A DNA stretch of 64,000 nucleotides from Yuukianura sp. NJ FZ-2021 (lineage: Eukaryota). Of the stretch, positions 1 to 14,163 are shown piece by piece. A program made the position numbers and the translations under genes. Position 1 is the first letter of the stretch; each line of letters opens with the position of its first letter. Below the pieces are notes generated by a model. The model had not been told where the DNA came from. It was given only the letters and a program-made list of their open reading frames with translations, and did not search any database. The stretch is from contig CM102286.1 in the NCBI GenBank assembly GCA_046563655.1, positions 5,828,001-5,892,000 of the forward strand, read 5' to 3'.

Positions 1-476
1 GACTGAAGCCAAAGCCAGTTCAGAAGCGAAGTCAGGATCAATTAATTTCTAACTGTAATAATCGTAAGGTTAATTTATTCTTTGGAAATTGAATTTTTCA
101 ACGAAAAAGTAATTTGCTTAAACTTGAAAACTAGCTTTAAAACAAAACTTGTTTTATTGATGTTAAGCTCAAAAATCTCATATTCTAAATTATTATTTAA
201 ACCGTTTAAAGGAAAGGCTTATTAAAAAATGTCGGTACAAAAATTATTTCTTGTGTAACAATTTTTGGAAATGATTCCGTAACTTTTCCAATGTGAAGTC
301 GAAGAAAAAGATTCCCGGAATGTTTTCAAAAAATTAATCTTCAGGGAATATTTCCGGACAGGAGTTTCTTTGCACCAATTTCACATTTGACCAATTTTTT
401 TAAACCATCCACGCACGTGTTTCGTCGTGCAAAAATTAAACGCGATGGATTTTGGAGAAAAAAAATTTTTTTTAAT

Positions 477-490
477 GTCACCATGACAAC
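477..490 (+). promoter_or_regulatory. RFX X-box upstream of ciliary gene IFT81
   Basis: GTCACCATGACAAC matches the 14-bp X-box consensus RTHNYYWTRRNRAC, ~150 bp upstream of the IFT81 ATG. RFX control of IFT genes is established in animals. Confidence 0.7.
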
Positions 491-639
491 CATAGCTGTA
501 CTCTATTGTAACAATTGAAACAAATTTGCAACTTGGGTTTACTTCATACGAGTCCTCTTTGGTCGCTAAAAAGTCCGTTTGTCATTGCGTTGGGTTGTAA
601 CAAGAACAACGCTGGCTCGTTTCGTTGTTTGAACAGCAC

Positions 640-3584
640 ATGAGCAGTGCAGTGGGGACACAATCGGAAAACAGACAACTAAGAAACATGAATTCAGAAA
701 TTCGACCATTCACGGTACCAACACCAAATGAAATGTACAATCGACCGTACGACGTTGAAGAGGAGCCGAGGGAAGAGCTGGAAGGAACGATAGAGCGATT
801 CCTTGCTCAGGAATTGGGAAATCCCCCATTTGATTTGGAATTGAACGCTGCCTCGTTCAATTACATGTCCAAAGACGAGCTGCTTGAGGTGATTTATTGA
901 AAACGCAAGAGCATAATGCAAAACGCAGTTTAAAAATTGAGATGCCTACATTTTCAGATCCTGGACAAAGTTCTGGAAACTGTTAGCCCTGAAAAGATGG
1001 AGACCATTTATGCGGCCGCAAACAAAACAGAACAGATTTTAGACTTTTTGAAAGTTCTATCTTATCCAGGAGTGGGTGAAGGAGAATTTTCGTAAGTTTC
1101 AATTCACAAATTCAAACATTTTGAAAAAACAAACAAACTTGAATTGATCTTCTTCTGGACAGGAAAAATCTTCAAACTGGAATTGAAAATGGAGATGTCC
1201 ACGTCTTGACATCGCTGATGGCGTGGCTCTTGGCCAACATACCACTTCTACAGACTCGAACTTATCTTTCAAAATTCCTGACTCGAGTCGAAGTTCCAGA
1301 CGAAGTATTTTACGAAGACGACGTGTTGAACCTATACGGCCAAGTTTGCATTTTACTAAATAATTAAAATGTAAATCAAAACCCAATATAATTTGTTTCA
1401 TGATATACATTTTTTTCAGTATGAAGAGCTGATTGAAAAGTTCAAAACAACGCTCAAGCGCAGAGAAGCTCTGACACATAAGAAACCACTGGCAGAAGTT
1501 AAAGAAGATGTCATTCAGATTCAGCAAGACATGGACTGCCTTCGGCGTAAACTTGAGATGGCCAAAACAAAAGTTAACAAATAAACCAGTCATAAAAATT
1601 ATTTTCAGTTTTACGAGTGTCCAATTACTTTTTTTTTGCAATTTCCAGACTAATCGATCTCCAGTGTGCGGCGAAGAAATTATTTACGCCATTCGCAACC
1701 TACGATTTCAAAAACAGAAACATTTTGACCTAGTTGATCAAGAAGGATCTGAAATTCGACGTGAACAACAAATGACCGAGCGACTGGAATTCTTGAAAGC
1801 AATGTTCGGTGATGTTTGCAAAAGTTGGCAAAATCTGAATCCAAAATCACTTCTTCAACGCGAGACACAAGAAGTTGTTGTAGTTAGAGAAATTGCGAAA
1901 GTCAAGCTGCCGAAATGTATTGGGCAACTTCGGAGAAAAATCAAAGCCATCAAGTGCGTCACTGAAGATCCACCTCGCACGGTCAATGACCTTGAAAATA
2001 CCAGACGCAGCGTACGATTTAAAAAATTTTTGGTACCCGAGATGTATAAATAAACTTGCCAACAATTTAAATCTTTTTTCAGATTCAAGTAGTAAAAGCA
2101 GATTGCAAGCGATTGGAAACAGCGCTGGAGCATCTGAAGGCCAAGGAAATGAATCAAGACATAGTTCTCGCTAGATCTAAAGCCGAGGAAAGCCGACATC
2201 GTTTTACCGAACTCTGCGACGAACTGAGCTTGCTTGCCGACGAAAATGAAATGATCAAAACCCAAGTGACGCAGAAAAGTTTAGAAGTGCTGGAAAAACG
2301 ACGCAGTCATGACGCAGATCACGATTACGTCAAAAAGCTCCGTGTAAAAGCCAACATCTACAAAGAAAAGAAAGCTGAACTGGATGCTCTGAGAACTGAA
2401 TTTAGTGTTCTGGAAAAAACTTACCAACAGCTACAAGATGACTTGCGAAATGGAAAAATTGACGTGGTAAATTAACTTAATGATGTGAACAGTTAAAGTT
2501 GATTGTTGTTTATAGATTTTATTCTTCCTTCGAATCTTCCTAGACAAAAGTTTTTGTCACGCGATATTTTAATTTTACTTAAAAAAATTAACTGTTAGGA
2601 AGATTATGCTGAGAAGTTTAATTTCAAGCAAGGACACACGGATCTGCAGACGCAACTAGAAAAACAGTCAATGCATAAACAAGACTTGGATGAACGAAAA
2701 CAAGGATCGATGAAACTGTATTCAGAAAAAATCAGAGCTTTGAACAAAGAATTGGATGATCGGAAAGAACGAATTCAACCACTCATTCAGCATGTCAATG
2801 CTGTCCGAGAACGCGCTGAAATTTTGGAAATTGAATATCAAAAACAAAAAGACGTTTTCAGTGGAGTCGGTCTGGTAGACAAAGCAGAAAGTTTAAATCG
2901 GGTAAGTCATGTTCCCATGCTCTGAATTTTCTAAATTTGCTAGATTATGTTTGCGTAATATTATGTAAGATTTGTGTTTTTTTTTAAATCCAGGATATAT
3001 TTGAAATTCAAAACGAAGTTGAAGACATCAAGGTGGAGCGCACCCGTTTAGAAATGGAAACAAAGTTCAAGCGTTTGGATTTAGAACGCGCTTGCGAAAC
3101 GTCGTTTGACGCAGACAATCGAGAAACGTGGCTTCATGGAGCAGGATGTTCCTTCAGGTTAACTTTAATTATTTAACTCAAATGGTTGAACACTTTTTCT
3201 TCAACGTAGCGTGCATCCCTTGTGGTGCTTGGGACATTACTACTTTCGTACCTTCCGTGTAAAATTTTACGCAATTCAATCTTTTTTCCGTGTTTTCAGT
3301 CAACGTGTGCTTGGGAAAATTGTTGAACAGGAGAGAGTTCATCGCGATTTGATTCAGGAAGAGGGGGATTTAGAGCATAAGCAACGTCAAAATGAAGTGC
3401 AGCAAGAAATGTATGGCGATTTGGTTCGGTAAGTTTTTGCCACAACGCATCGATTAACTTTAACACGTAAACCTCAAAATTATATCAAATAATCATTTTG
3501 AGCTGGTTTTTATATTTGTTCACGTAAACTTCAATAATTTTATATTACAGCTTGCTCAAATTCAAAAAATCGAATTTCCAATGA
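640..3584 (+). CDS. IFT81: Intraflagellar transport protein 81-like (divergent), ~10 coding exons
   Basis: Spliced translation gives ...LGNPPFDLELNAASFNYMSKDELLE|ILDKVLETV..., ...LLQTRTYLSKFLTRVEVPDEVF...|YEELIEKFKT..., then long coiled coils. This matches the IFT81 N-terminal CH-like domain and the 'YL.RFL...EVP...YEEL.E.FK' segment. All introns GT-AG; ends ...RLLKFKKSNFQ*. Confidence 0.8.
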
Positions 3585-6500
3585 AGCACGGAATTTTCGG
3601 AAAACCAGCACAAACAAGAAAAAAATTGCAACTGTACAATTCTAAAATGCAACTCATTCAGTTCAAAATATTTCTTTTTTATTTGACAACTAACAGCTTA
3701 AAAACTTTTTTAGAAAAGCTAAAGAAGCAAGGCCTAAAATCTAAAGTTTTTTGTTGATAAATAAAACGAAAAAATCTTGATTCAACTTAGAAAATTCAAA
3801 GGCAACTTTTATGTTATTTTTTCTTGACTAATTGACAATTGACCTATTTTTATCCGTAACCTTAATCACACGGGTTACTCTGGTCAGAACCTAATGTCCC
3901 ATGACTGTCCTCGGTTCTAAGCTGTACTTAAGATTTTGTGACCTCTACAACCTAATGTCATTGTAGTAAATCTCTGAAGTGTAACAATTCTTTATGTGAA
4001 CTCATAAAGACTTTAAACAAAAGTACGGTGGATCCTGATTCTGTTGACGAAATCTCTCTCATCTTGAAATTATAAAATTTTCTGGTTCTTAACCCCCCAC
4101 CCATGACTACCAATTGTTTGTAAGTAATTATGCGATATTGAATGTAAATGCATGGCCCGTTACTGCATTCAACTACCAAAAAATTTGAGTACTGTAGTGC
4201 ACGTTATTGTACTCTAATCGTTTCCTCCCTTTTAAATTTCACGTAAGAAGCCTAACTGTACAGGTACATTCCACTTTTTGCACCTACGACTTTTTATGAC
4301 GAATCTTCTTAAACCTAAAGTTTTCAATTGTTTAATAGTCGACCTTGACACCAACTCCTTCGAGTAGTAATTCCCATGCAGGACCCCTCAAAACGTTGCG
4401 CCTTGCTATTTTTAAACTTGCCACCCCATGCAAACTTGACCAAATTTGAAATTTAAAACTCCGTCAAATTTTACTTAATTACTGTTGGAAGATCCTTCCT
4501 GGCCTCTTCGCACCATTCAAAGTCAAAGACATAAAATGCCTCAATTCAAGGCGACGAAGAGGACCTATTGTTGTTTTTATTTCTATTTTTAGCTTTTCCG
4601 TGCTCTTCAAAATTCTTGTTTTTGGAAGTTTTGAAAAACCGAAACTTGTTCAGACTCAAAATCCTTGCATTTGGTTTAAACTTTACAGAAAAGGTGGAAG
4701 GTCATTGCGTAGGGTTGCTTCCCGATTTTGAAAAACTTGTTTACGCTACTTATTTTTAAATTGAAGGCCACTTTTTTGAGCTGGTTTTAGAATTTTGGCG
4801 TTGACAAAAGACGACTCAAGTGTGGAAAATTATGTTTAGTACTACCTGCTGGATCTCAAAATCTCAACTTATAACGTCTGTATGAATCTTGATGGATTGA
4901 GATGAATGGGTTTTGATGACGCGAATGGGGTAACGAATAGCCAAAAATAAAATGAATTCAGACGTGACATATTTCCTGGTTCTCATAAATAAGTCCAAAA
5001 GTTCCTGGTTTCAAGACGAATTCTTTGCTTGTAAGAAGGTGTTGACTTTTTGCGAGGCGTCTGCGTCATGTACAAACAAATGGAGAACCTGATGTTCCAG
5101 GAAATACTTTAGAAGAGTAAAGATTTCAACGTAATTTAGGATTACTAATGCCAAATTTCGCCATACGCCTACTAACATTAAATTTTTCACTGAAGAAACA
5201 AAAGTTCAAAAGGTATTCTTCAAAATTTTTCCTCATCATTTGTATGTTCCCGAAGCTATAGCTATTTAGTCTTCAATTTTTTTCCGAAATGGTAGTATTT
5301 TTTTTTCAAATATACATGAATGTTAGGTAAGGTTAGTTAGATTATGTTTGGCATGTTAGATCTGTTTTAAGTGAGTTAGGTCAGGTTATGGTAACAAGGA
5401 AGGCGAACTTCTTTTCCTGGAAGTTTTTTATGCACAAAAGTGCAGTGGTGTACATGGGCGGCTTCTGTGCCTGTTATGGTACTTGTTGAACTAAATTGAG
5501 AAAAATTTCGTAAACGAGAAGTGATTTGTTTTTCAAAAATTAATTTACAACACGAACAGAGTTACACGTAATAATAATTAGTAAACTGAAATATGTGTGA
5601 AGGTGTGAGAATTCAGTTGCCGCTCCCCCGGAAACTTGTGTTGATCATTCGTAGGTTGAGTAATGGGGACTTAAACGTTGAGCGTTGTTAGTATGATGCA
5701 AACATGGCAAAGTACCCTTTTGGACTATGCACTGTCGTAGATTAGCAAAGATTTGGCAAAGTGGAACTCTGAAAATAGCCTCCAAGACAAAAGGGAGGGA
5801 TTAATGGAAATTCATTATTGTTTCATTGTAATAGGAATTAGCGTCTCAATGAAATGCAGGACCTGTGATCACACAGACGTTCAGCAACTGAGGACTTAAG
5901 GAATTGTGCATGCTGAGATCTTGACATGGATTGTGCAACTGTTCTGTCATCCTGTCTGCCTGTCAGGCGTAGGTCCAAAGTGTCTTGGCGTGAGAACATG
6001 TGATCCTCATTGTACAAATATACACTGAATTTGCCAGTGCGAGACAAAGGAATTGTTTTGTTGGAATTTGTACTTTTGGCTAAATCTCTTAAAGGGGTCA
6101 GAGATCAAATCCACATGCGTATCATGTAACTAATGTTAGTGTGAAAGGTGCGGGATCATGAGAATCAGATGCCTTAGACAGTGTCTTTTTTGAGTCAAGT
6201 GCCAGTGAGGTTCACTGATGACTGAGGATGAAAACAAACTTTGTGAGCTACATCAGATGATGAATGGGTTACGAGTACACGTACACTCAATACCGTACAG
6301 CCACTTGTATTGCCTTGAAACGGGAAAAGTTTTGATGCAACTGAAAAAAAAATTTGGTGGTGGTGGAAAAATTTTTGCTCTTATTCATCCCTAAAACTTT
6401 TCGCACTCAAACTTGGTAAAAAAAAAAGAAAAGAAAAGCCTTCGGAAAAGTTGAAAAGCTGGAAATTTATGAAAAAGGTACAAGCTGATAATAAAATTTC

Positions 6501-7214
6501 CGAAATTATATTACATCTATTTATGTTTTTAGACATTTTCAAGTTTTTTTTTTAAAAAGAAGTTCTTTATCTACTAAATGTTCCTTGTAATTTCTCTATT
6601 TGCGTAATAATGGCAATTCATATTTAATGTTTGACTATTAATTTTGTAAATATATACGTACTAATTTTGCATGACGAGAGAATTATTCAGTTTTGTTGCA
6701 ATAAACACTATCAGGGACACTATGTGTGGGTTTACGGTAACACTCTTCGCAGGTACAGAACGTTAGCATTAGCGTCATACAAACAACCCCACCAAAAAGG
6801 GAACAAGGAAACTCAAGGTCTCGATTTTCCCTTTCTTTTGACGTTTTGTTGGTAATAAGCAGTAGTCATTCATACGACCATTGCATTTGCAGTAAACAGT
6901 ACTTTGTTTCCAAAAGACACTCAAGTGGATGGACAGACGGCGGTTCAGAATGGGTGGACATTTCTGCGCCTGCGTCCTGTCCAGAAATCCATCCCAACAC
7001 CAGTCTAAATCCAAGTTGTTTAGCGTTTGCGAAGATTCAGTGTCAAGTAAGACGCCGCAGGACTCATCGATTGTCACCAACTGTAACCAGTTTCAATCTA
7101 CTTTTACACAAATGTGCAAATTTCCTGCAAGAGTATACTAAAGTTTTTTTTTAAAAAGTATTTGTTAAAAAATTGTTAAGGGACAAAAAATTTGTGAAGC
7201 CAGTTTTTTGAAAA

Positions 7215-10200
7215 ATGAACCCAATTCTGCATTGCGTTTTATCATGGCTTTCGTTCATTTTCCTGATGCCACTGATCGCTGCAATATTTTTACCATTGAA
7301 AATCTATAAAACAATAGTGATCCGGATTGCATGGATTTTCAAGAAGGAACTGACAGGGATCCTGACCAGTTACGACTCCATATTTGCCATTGACAAATTT
7401 TATGTTCGGCCCTACGCTGGAAACGGGACGGTCATCATAGTCGATGGCCACTTGAGTATACACGATATTCGGAGATGCTTCATCCAGCGAATCCTCAGCG
7501 TCAGAAAAGACAATGGAGAGCTTCAGTTTGGAAAACTTTTGCAAGTTCCAGTGACCTTTGGTGGTTACTTCTTCTGGTCCAACTTGGAGTCGGTTGACGT
7601 AGCAAAGCAAATCAGAGTCAGTCATTCCTTTGTGACAGATGACCATGAAACGGAGCTCCACGGCGTTCTGGGAAAGATGATGACGGAGCCGTTCCCTGGA
7701 GCCCTTTGGGAAGTCCTGTCTTTTGAAAAGTACAATAGGAATCAAACCGTGATCGTATTTAGGTTACATCATGTACTGGGAGATGGATACACCTTCAATC
7801 ATCTTGTGGACAGGCTCATTGGTAAACAATCAGACTACCTAGTGCGTCACCACGAAAGGACTTGGATGGAAACAGTGAGTTGACATTTTAAAAAAATCTA
7901 ATACTTTTTGCAACGTGTGGATATTTTTAGAGGTGTGCAAGAAATGCTTAATTTCCAATGTACTTGTGACCTTAAGAGGTCATCGAATTGTTCAAACCGA
8001 TATGTGGCACATCGCTTTGCAAACACAGATCTGTAGGGTGATTTTATTGACTAAATGTATTAACAAGCGATTACCCGCGCAATTTTTTTTGCCTGAATGT
8101 GTCAGGTCACATAGGATCGGCAGCGCAAACGGATAAATGTGGTACGTTGTTTATCAGAATTTTTTGAAACGAAATGTGTGAAACGAATTTTTTCGTTTTC
8201 AAGATTTTTTTTTGAAAATCTTAATTTCTGTTCGACAGATGGCAATTCCGTTTTCGGGTTTTACGCCGGAGTTTTTTTTCCCTTTTTATGTTTCTGTTTT
8301 TGCGGCTTACGAACGTCTAGTTTGAAGCGATTTTGGAATTCAAAGATTTTTCCAACAATTTTTTTTAAAGAATTGACTTCTAATATTTTTTTGTTGCATC
8401 TTTGCATCAGCGTACATCTATTGTTCAAAAAATTTCATTGACGTAGTGACGAACGAACGTAGGTATGATGTTGCAAATTTTCTTAGTAACTGACAATCCA
8501 TTCATCATAAAGTTCTTATATTGCATCTTTCTAATCATTTAGCGACCAGTTCAAAATTGCTTTTGAATCTTTTTGAATCAGTGTTAAAATTAAAGGAAAA
8601 CCAGGAATTTATAAGCTTTGTCCAGCGGCTGAGGATTTTTTCTTAAGAATCCTTCACTGCTGAATACTTAAAATGCGTTTCAATGATAATGCGAAGTGAT
8701 TAGGACACCTGAGTTGACTGGAAACTTCTGGACCATTGTTGTACCGTCCAAAAAATGTTTCCATTATGCTTAGTAAATATAAAAAGCCTCTCATGCATCA
8801 AAAAACATACTTATACCGACACACCTTAATCCAAAATAATCCTCTTCGCTAAAACTAAAATAATCATCTTTGCCAATTTGTCTTGCTAAGGATCAGACGC
8901 TCATTGTTGCAAAAAAAAAGTTAAGATTTTTTAGCGTGTCAGGCAAGAATGGATAACAAAAAAAACCTAACGTGAGTCTGAAGTTAGAAATAGCATTGAA
9001 CTAACTTTGATTCTTATCAAAAACGATTGAAATTGACTTGAACATTGAATGCCATGTATTGTGGTGTGGACCAACAAATTAATATAACAATAGGCTTGAT
9101 TAAAATAATTAATTAAGAAATATCGCCTATTATCAAATTTCAAAAATACTGACGTGTGTTGAGTGTCGTTTTTCAGTTGAAACTCATTTCCACTGCCCCG
9201 TCAAGAATGGTGACCTTGTACACCGAAGCCTTTACACACAAGGACATCTATACACAGGCGAAAGTGAATACCACAGGGGTTCTGTCTATGACCACCTTTG
9301 ACCTTGACCTCGTCAAAAAAGTCCGGCGTGTGAGTGAAACCCACTTTGCAATTGTCGGCATGTTCCTATTGGCTGGAGCTCTGCGACGCTACTTTCTAGA
9401 AAATCATAAAGAACATGAACTCCCGCCCTGGGTCAGCATCATGCATTCACTGCCCAAAGGCGGCCATCCTCTGAAGGAAATGGTCAACCATTGGTATGTT
9501 TATGAAGTCAAAAAAAAACTTTCAACGCAATTATTAACAGAAAATAGCAATTAAGTTTTTAAAATGGTGAAAACAAACTGCTCTTTTGTTGATTCGAGTG
9601 AAATAATTATTTTTCAAAGACGTCAGACTCATTAATTGTTTCATTTCCCACAACGTCGAGTAGTAGCGCAAAACTAATTTCTAAGAAAAAACAACTTATT
9701 TTCATATTTTTAAAAACCCAACTAAGGTACACGATGATAAATTGTTTTGAGAATTTTGACGAGAGCGTGCAAAGTTAGAATTCTCCAGAATTACATTTCC
9801 CACAAAAATTTTCCAGAAATTATGTCGAAGTTTTGTCAGGGTATATTTTTCGCAAGACTTGAGCACGTTTTTGAAAATATTAAAGTAATTATTAAGCTAT
9901 TTAAATTAAATCATCGAATTATACAAAATAATGCTCGCTTTTTCTCTGGTTTCAGGGGCGTCGGATTGTTCAAAATACCAATGGAACAGCCTTCGGCGTT
10001 AGCACGTTTACAGCAAGCAGAAGCAAACTATGGCAAGTACATGGACGACCAGTACAATGATTTGATCCATACGCACATGCCGCTGTTCAACTTACTTCCT
10101 GCAACGTTAATCAGACTATTTTTTTCAAACAACTTTGGAACCGGAATGGGGTTTACCTCTGTTCCTGGTTATGGAAAGCAGGCTGACCTGATGGGTCATC

Positions 10201-10575
10201 GTGTTGGAATGATGTACAAAGTATTTGGACTTCAGTGGAAAGAAAGCGGTAAGATTAGCTTTGACCTTTGCCTTAATAACTTGTAGCTTATGAAGTCATT
10301 TAAAATTCCCAAAGGCGTTTAGAACTCTTCAATTGGTTAATTACTTTTCAGCAATTGCTGCAGCCGTGTACACGCAAAACGCTAACCTTGGCTTTAGCAT
10401 ATTTGCAAACAAAGACATATTGCCTGACCAAGAGGCGGTGGATCGCGTCACGAGGATGTACTTGCATGACGAATTTCGTGAGCTTCTTAACGAATGCGGC
10501 ATCAAAGAAAACAACAACCAGACGCTACGACTCCCACACATTAAAAGAAGTATCCGAGCTGAGGGATTTGCTTAA
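7215..10575 (+). CDS. Wax ester synthase/diacylglycerol O-acyltransferase (WS/DGAT, WSD1-like) family protein; exons 7215-7874, 9177-9493, 9956-10248, 10352-10575
   Basis: N-terminal hydrophobic anchor; PGALWEVL...VIVFRLHHVLGDGY contains the HHxxxDG acyltransferase motif. C-terminal segments LAGALRRYF, NHWG and TSVPG...G are typical of WS/DGAT C-terminal domains. Phases of the 3 GT-AG introns are consistent. Confidence 0.75.
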
Positions 10576-11321
10576 AAAATTTGCTGCGAGCTGGAAGCAC
10601 AACTCACGAGGAACTGGAAGCTCAGCGACCTTTGACCTTGGTTTGGTTTTTGACCAATTGCAGAGGGGTTTAACTATTCCTACGTTTTTAAACGAATTTT
10701 TACTTTGGGAAAAGCTTATTCCAGGAAAAAATTGTTTTATAGTAGGTAAGGATAAGTAAATAGTAATTAGTATTAGGCTAGGTTAATTAATAACCTAGTG
10801 TAAATTACCTAATGTAACCTAGTGTAAGCTTTGAACATTTCAAATATTGTTGCTTAATAAGCGTAGAGATTGAGACTACAAATTGTTCATTGCGGCTAAA
10901 ATGCTAAAAAAAAATAGGATTTTAGACATTTTGTTATTCGGAAAGCGGTGTCGTTGTAATTTTTTTTGGAGCGGGGTTGCATAATAGTCAAAAACAAACA
11001 CTGAAATTGTTTTTGTACATTAGCAATTCATAGAAATTTTTGAAAGTCTAATTTCAAAAATGAAAAGGGAAATAATTAACACAAACACAGCACCAACTTG
11101 ATCCGTCTGTGATCTTTGTTTAGATAAACTCTAGGATATTCAAATACAAATTACGATGTCGTGTAAGATTAGATTGTTTAAAAAAAAATCTCAACAAAAG
11201 CAAAAAAAAACACATAAAAAAATAATAAACGGTTGTAAACCGGTGTACGTAAGTAGCGAAGATAGCGCCCCCCCCACCGGGGGGAGTGGGGGGTGGCCCC
11301 CTTACTTTTCTGCCCCCACCC

Positions 11322-11470
11322 GGAGGAGTGGACATAGGTTCGCCCCGGTAGAGTCGAGATGGGTTCCCCCCGGGGAAGTGGAGATGGGTTTCTCTCGGGG
11401 GAGTGGAGATGGGTTTCTCCCGGGGGAACGGAGATGGGTTCCCCCGGGGGAGTGAAGATGGGTTGCCCCC
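11322..11470. repeat. GC-rich ~25-bp minisatellite (~6 copies, GGAGTGGAGATGGGTTYCYCCCGGGG-like) inside the HINE
   Basis: Repeated GAGATGGGTT core with G and C runs visible directly in the sequence. Confidence 0.85.
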
Positions 11471-11496
11471 TATCAGGGCGCTAAAGCGAAAAAAAA

Positions 11497-11770
11497 TTGA
11501 CCTTTGATCCTGGAGGTGGTCACCTGGGTTCACGTCACGTAAACAATAGTTGTTGGTCTCGATGAGACAAACAACTTTTGCAGAGGTCATTTTGCATGTT
11601 GCCGGGATGAAACCGGTTCCCCTTGACCTTTGACCCGGGAGGAGGTCACTTGGGGTCATGTGACGTACACAAAAGTTTTTGGTCTCGATGAGGCGAACAA
11701 CTTTTGTAGAGGTCATTTTCCAGGTTACCGGGGTTGAAACCGGTTGACCTTGACCTTTGACCCGGAAGGA
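11497..11770. repeat. ~126-bp tandem duplication (2 copies plus a partial) inside the HINE
   Basis: TTGACCTTTGA...GGTCTCGATGAG...CAACTTTTG...GAGGTCATTTT...GAAACCGGTT recurs at 11497 and 11623; the unit start recurs again at 11750. Confidence 0.85.
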
Positions 11771-14163
11771 GTTGACCCACCGGGATGATATTCAATAGTG
11801 AACATCACCGGGTCACTAGGTGTCCACCGGTGAAAACAGATCCCGGAAATGTTGAGCGGTTCCCGAGATAATCGCCGCTGACGGCCGGCCAGACAGACAG
11901 ACAGACAGACAGACAAGGTCAAACCAATAAGTAGCTTCGCTACTTAATAAATCTAACGCAATTCTATACATTTTGTATCCAAGATACTTAAAAAGTTCTG
12001 ATTTGGTAGCGGCACAGTGACCTTCGACGCTAATTGTTGTTGATATTACAGTGCATTCACATGTAACTGGATTATCAAGTTTTTACACGAATTAACCATG
12101 ATTTTTTTCTTTAAATCAATCGTATTCAGACTGGTTCCTTCTAAAAACATTGGAAATAAAAGTTTTACATTTCCAAAACGTTAAATTAAACATAACAGTT
12201 AACAATTATACTAAATATCTAAGTTATATCTAACGTAAGTTATATCGTGAATACCATACTCATTATTTATTGCGCAACAAATTTAACGAAAGTCAACAGT
12301 ATTTGCGAATACGATTTCTTCTAAATTCCAAAATTCGCCCCGTTTCGTTCGCTTTATTATTTCCTCAATCGTTGACTTACGTACAATTTTGATAAACAAC
12401 TTATAATTATTGTTAACCGACTTTGGATCAATCGATTAATAGTTGAATTTTGATACAAAAATAGAATCCAAGTTGAATGATTCATTTTTCCAGATCCTGT
12501 GATTTCTAGCGTCGTCATCATTCATCCAGTTTCTTAAAGTCAACGGTGTTTTCCAAACAATTTAATTGTTTTGCTTTTCAATTTTAGTGTTTCCTTTGCG
12601 GATGGGAACAAAACAAAGGAAAACTTAAGCGTTATTTCCATTTTGTTTTTGAACAGTACATTTCGTAACAAACATAAAGTCAATAGCCTCATTCCATTGC
12701 TCATAGTTGTATGCAGTTAAGTGTGAAAATATATCATATGATAACCGATTTAAATTCGTTCAAACTTTAGTACGGACAATAAACTCGCTCAGTGATTTGA
12801 TCTTTCAATGTGGCTTTTACAAGATTTGGTATTAAAGAGAGAAGCCAATAATTCGATAACTTTCGACCTTTCATAGGTTAATGTCCCTCCAGAAAGAAGC
12901 ACATTGGAAAAGGAAATCATCAATCAATACATAAATTAAATCAGTGTGTATTCAAAGATGATTGATAACCGTAAGTGCCTGACGCCACTTTCGATTGTTA
13001 AAGTGTTCACACCTCAGCGCCAAATTCAAATTTCCCTTCTTCTACTTGTATACTGCCTGTTTTGTTGTTGTTTTTGTAACATCATTGTTGACTTGTTTTT
13101 GTGAATTGTGTGATTTTGTAGATAGATATGATCTCCGTTCTGCCCGATAAATTTCCTGCAAGTTCTCCGTTTCTGCTCGTGTAATTCCTTTGTTCTTTTC
13201 ACGACTCCGACACTCCAGGCCCCTTCCGTAGCCCCGTGTACTACTACTACCCGTGTCATCTCCGAAATTCGGTGACTTGACGAGATCAGACCAGCGGCTC
13301 CAGCTGGACTCCCTGCCCTGCCCCTCTCACACACTTATCGTAAGTAGTGTCCTTGTAAAATGATTAGTACTCTTCTACACTTATTTATTAAACAGTAGTT
13401 CGGAAACACTGAAGTGAGTTTAATTAAACCTTGCGTTTATAGGAAGTTCAAGTTCCTCAAGTCCACTTTTAATCAGGATCAGGTCTCAGGTGAGTGAAGA
13501 AGGCGATTTAGTTAATGTGACATTGAACGTAGAGTCACTGTTTACATTTTCATAATTTTAATTTTATCATGTTTCGTTTAATTTTAGGACGACTGTATTT
13601 ACACATCAAGTGTTCAGTAAGGTCAAACTGAGCTGCTCAGCACTGTAATAAGGGCGGATGACAGAAAACGATTGACTTGGACTCTCAACAAAGGCAGTTA
13701 AACGTCAGCGGAACCAAGTTGATGTAGACAAAAATACTTAATGTAAGTTTTATGTAACGAATTTCAAAAATGTTTTTTTTTTCGATTAGTACCCTGAATG
13801 TCGATTCTACCAGTAAGAGAGAATCTTACCTTACGTCGTAGTGCTACTAATCGTGATTCATTTTTAAAGGGTTCGGAAAACAGTCTGCTGCTGCTGGCGT
13901 CGAATGCATTAATTATGAACTACGCAAACGCAATTGCAATTGGATTGCGATTGGTTTGTGCCGTAATTGGAATTTGTTACATTGTTTTTACAGGAAAAAG
14001 CAAGGCTCGGCCAGGTCAAGAACGATTCGGCGGTCCGGAACGTCGAACTTTTACTATACTCATTGATGGCACATCCTGCTACACTGTACGCTTTCACAAA
14101 TTAACCGAATCCAAAGCTCAAGCAAGGCAGTTGTTAATCACGACGGCACGGTGGCGTGTGGAA

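Larger units (their letters stand above)
11222..11948 (-). mobile_element. Non-autonomous Helentron/Helitron-type element (HINE, DINE-1-like architecture)
   Basis: Subterminal inverted repeats AAGTAGCGAAG (11251-11261) and CTTCGCTACTT (11935-11945), the latter within palindrome AAGTAGC-TTC-GCTACTT. Stem-loop CGGTT-GTA-AACCG (11230-11242) next to an A/T-rich end. (CAGA)n microsatellite at 11890-11915, internal tandem repeats, no TSD seen. Confidence 0.75.

Noticed and set aside
11120..11922. 198-aa, 99-aa and 65-aa ORFs
   Set aside because: They arise from GC-rich tandem repeats inside the HINE and have no protein motifs.
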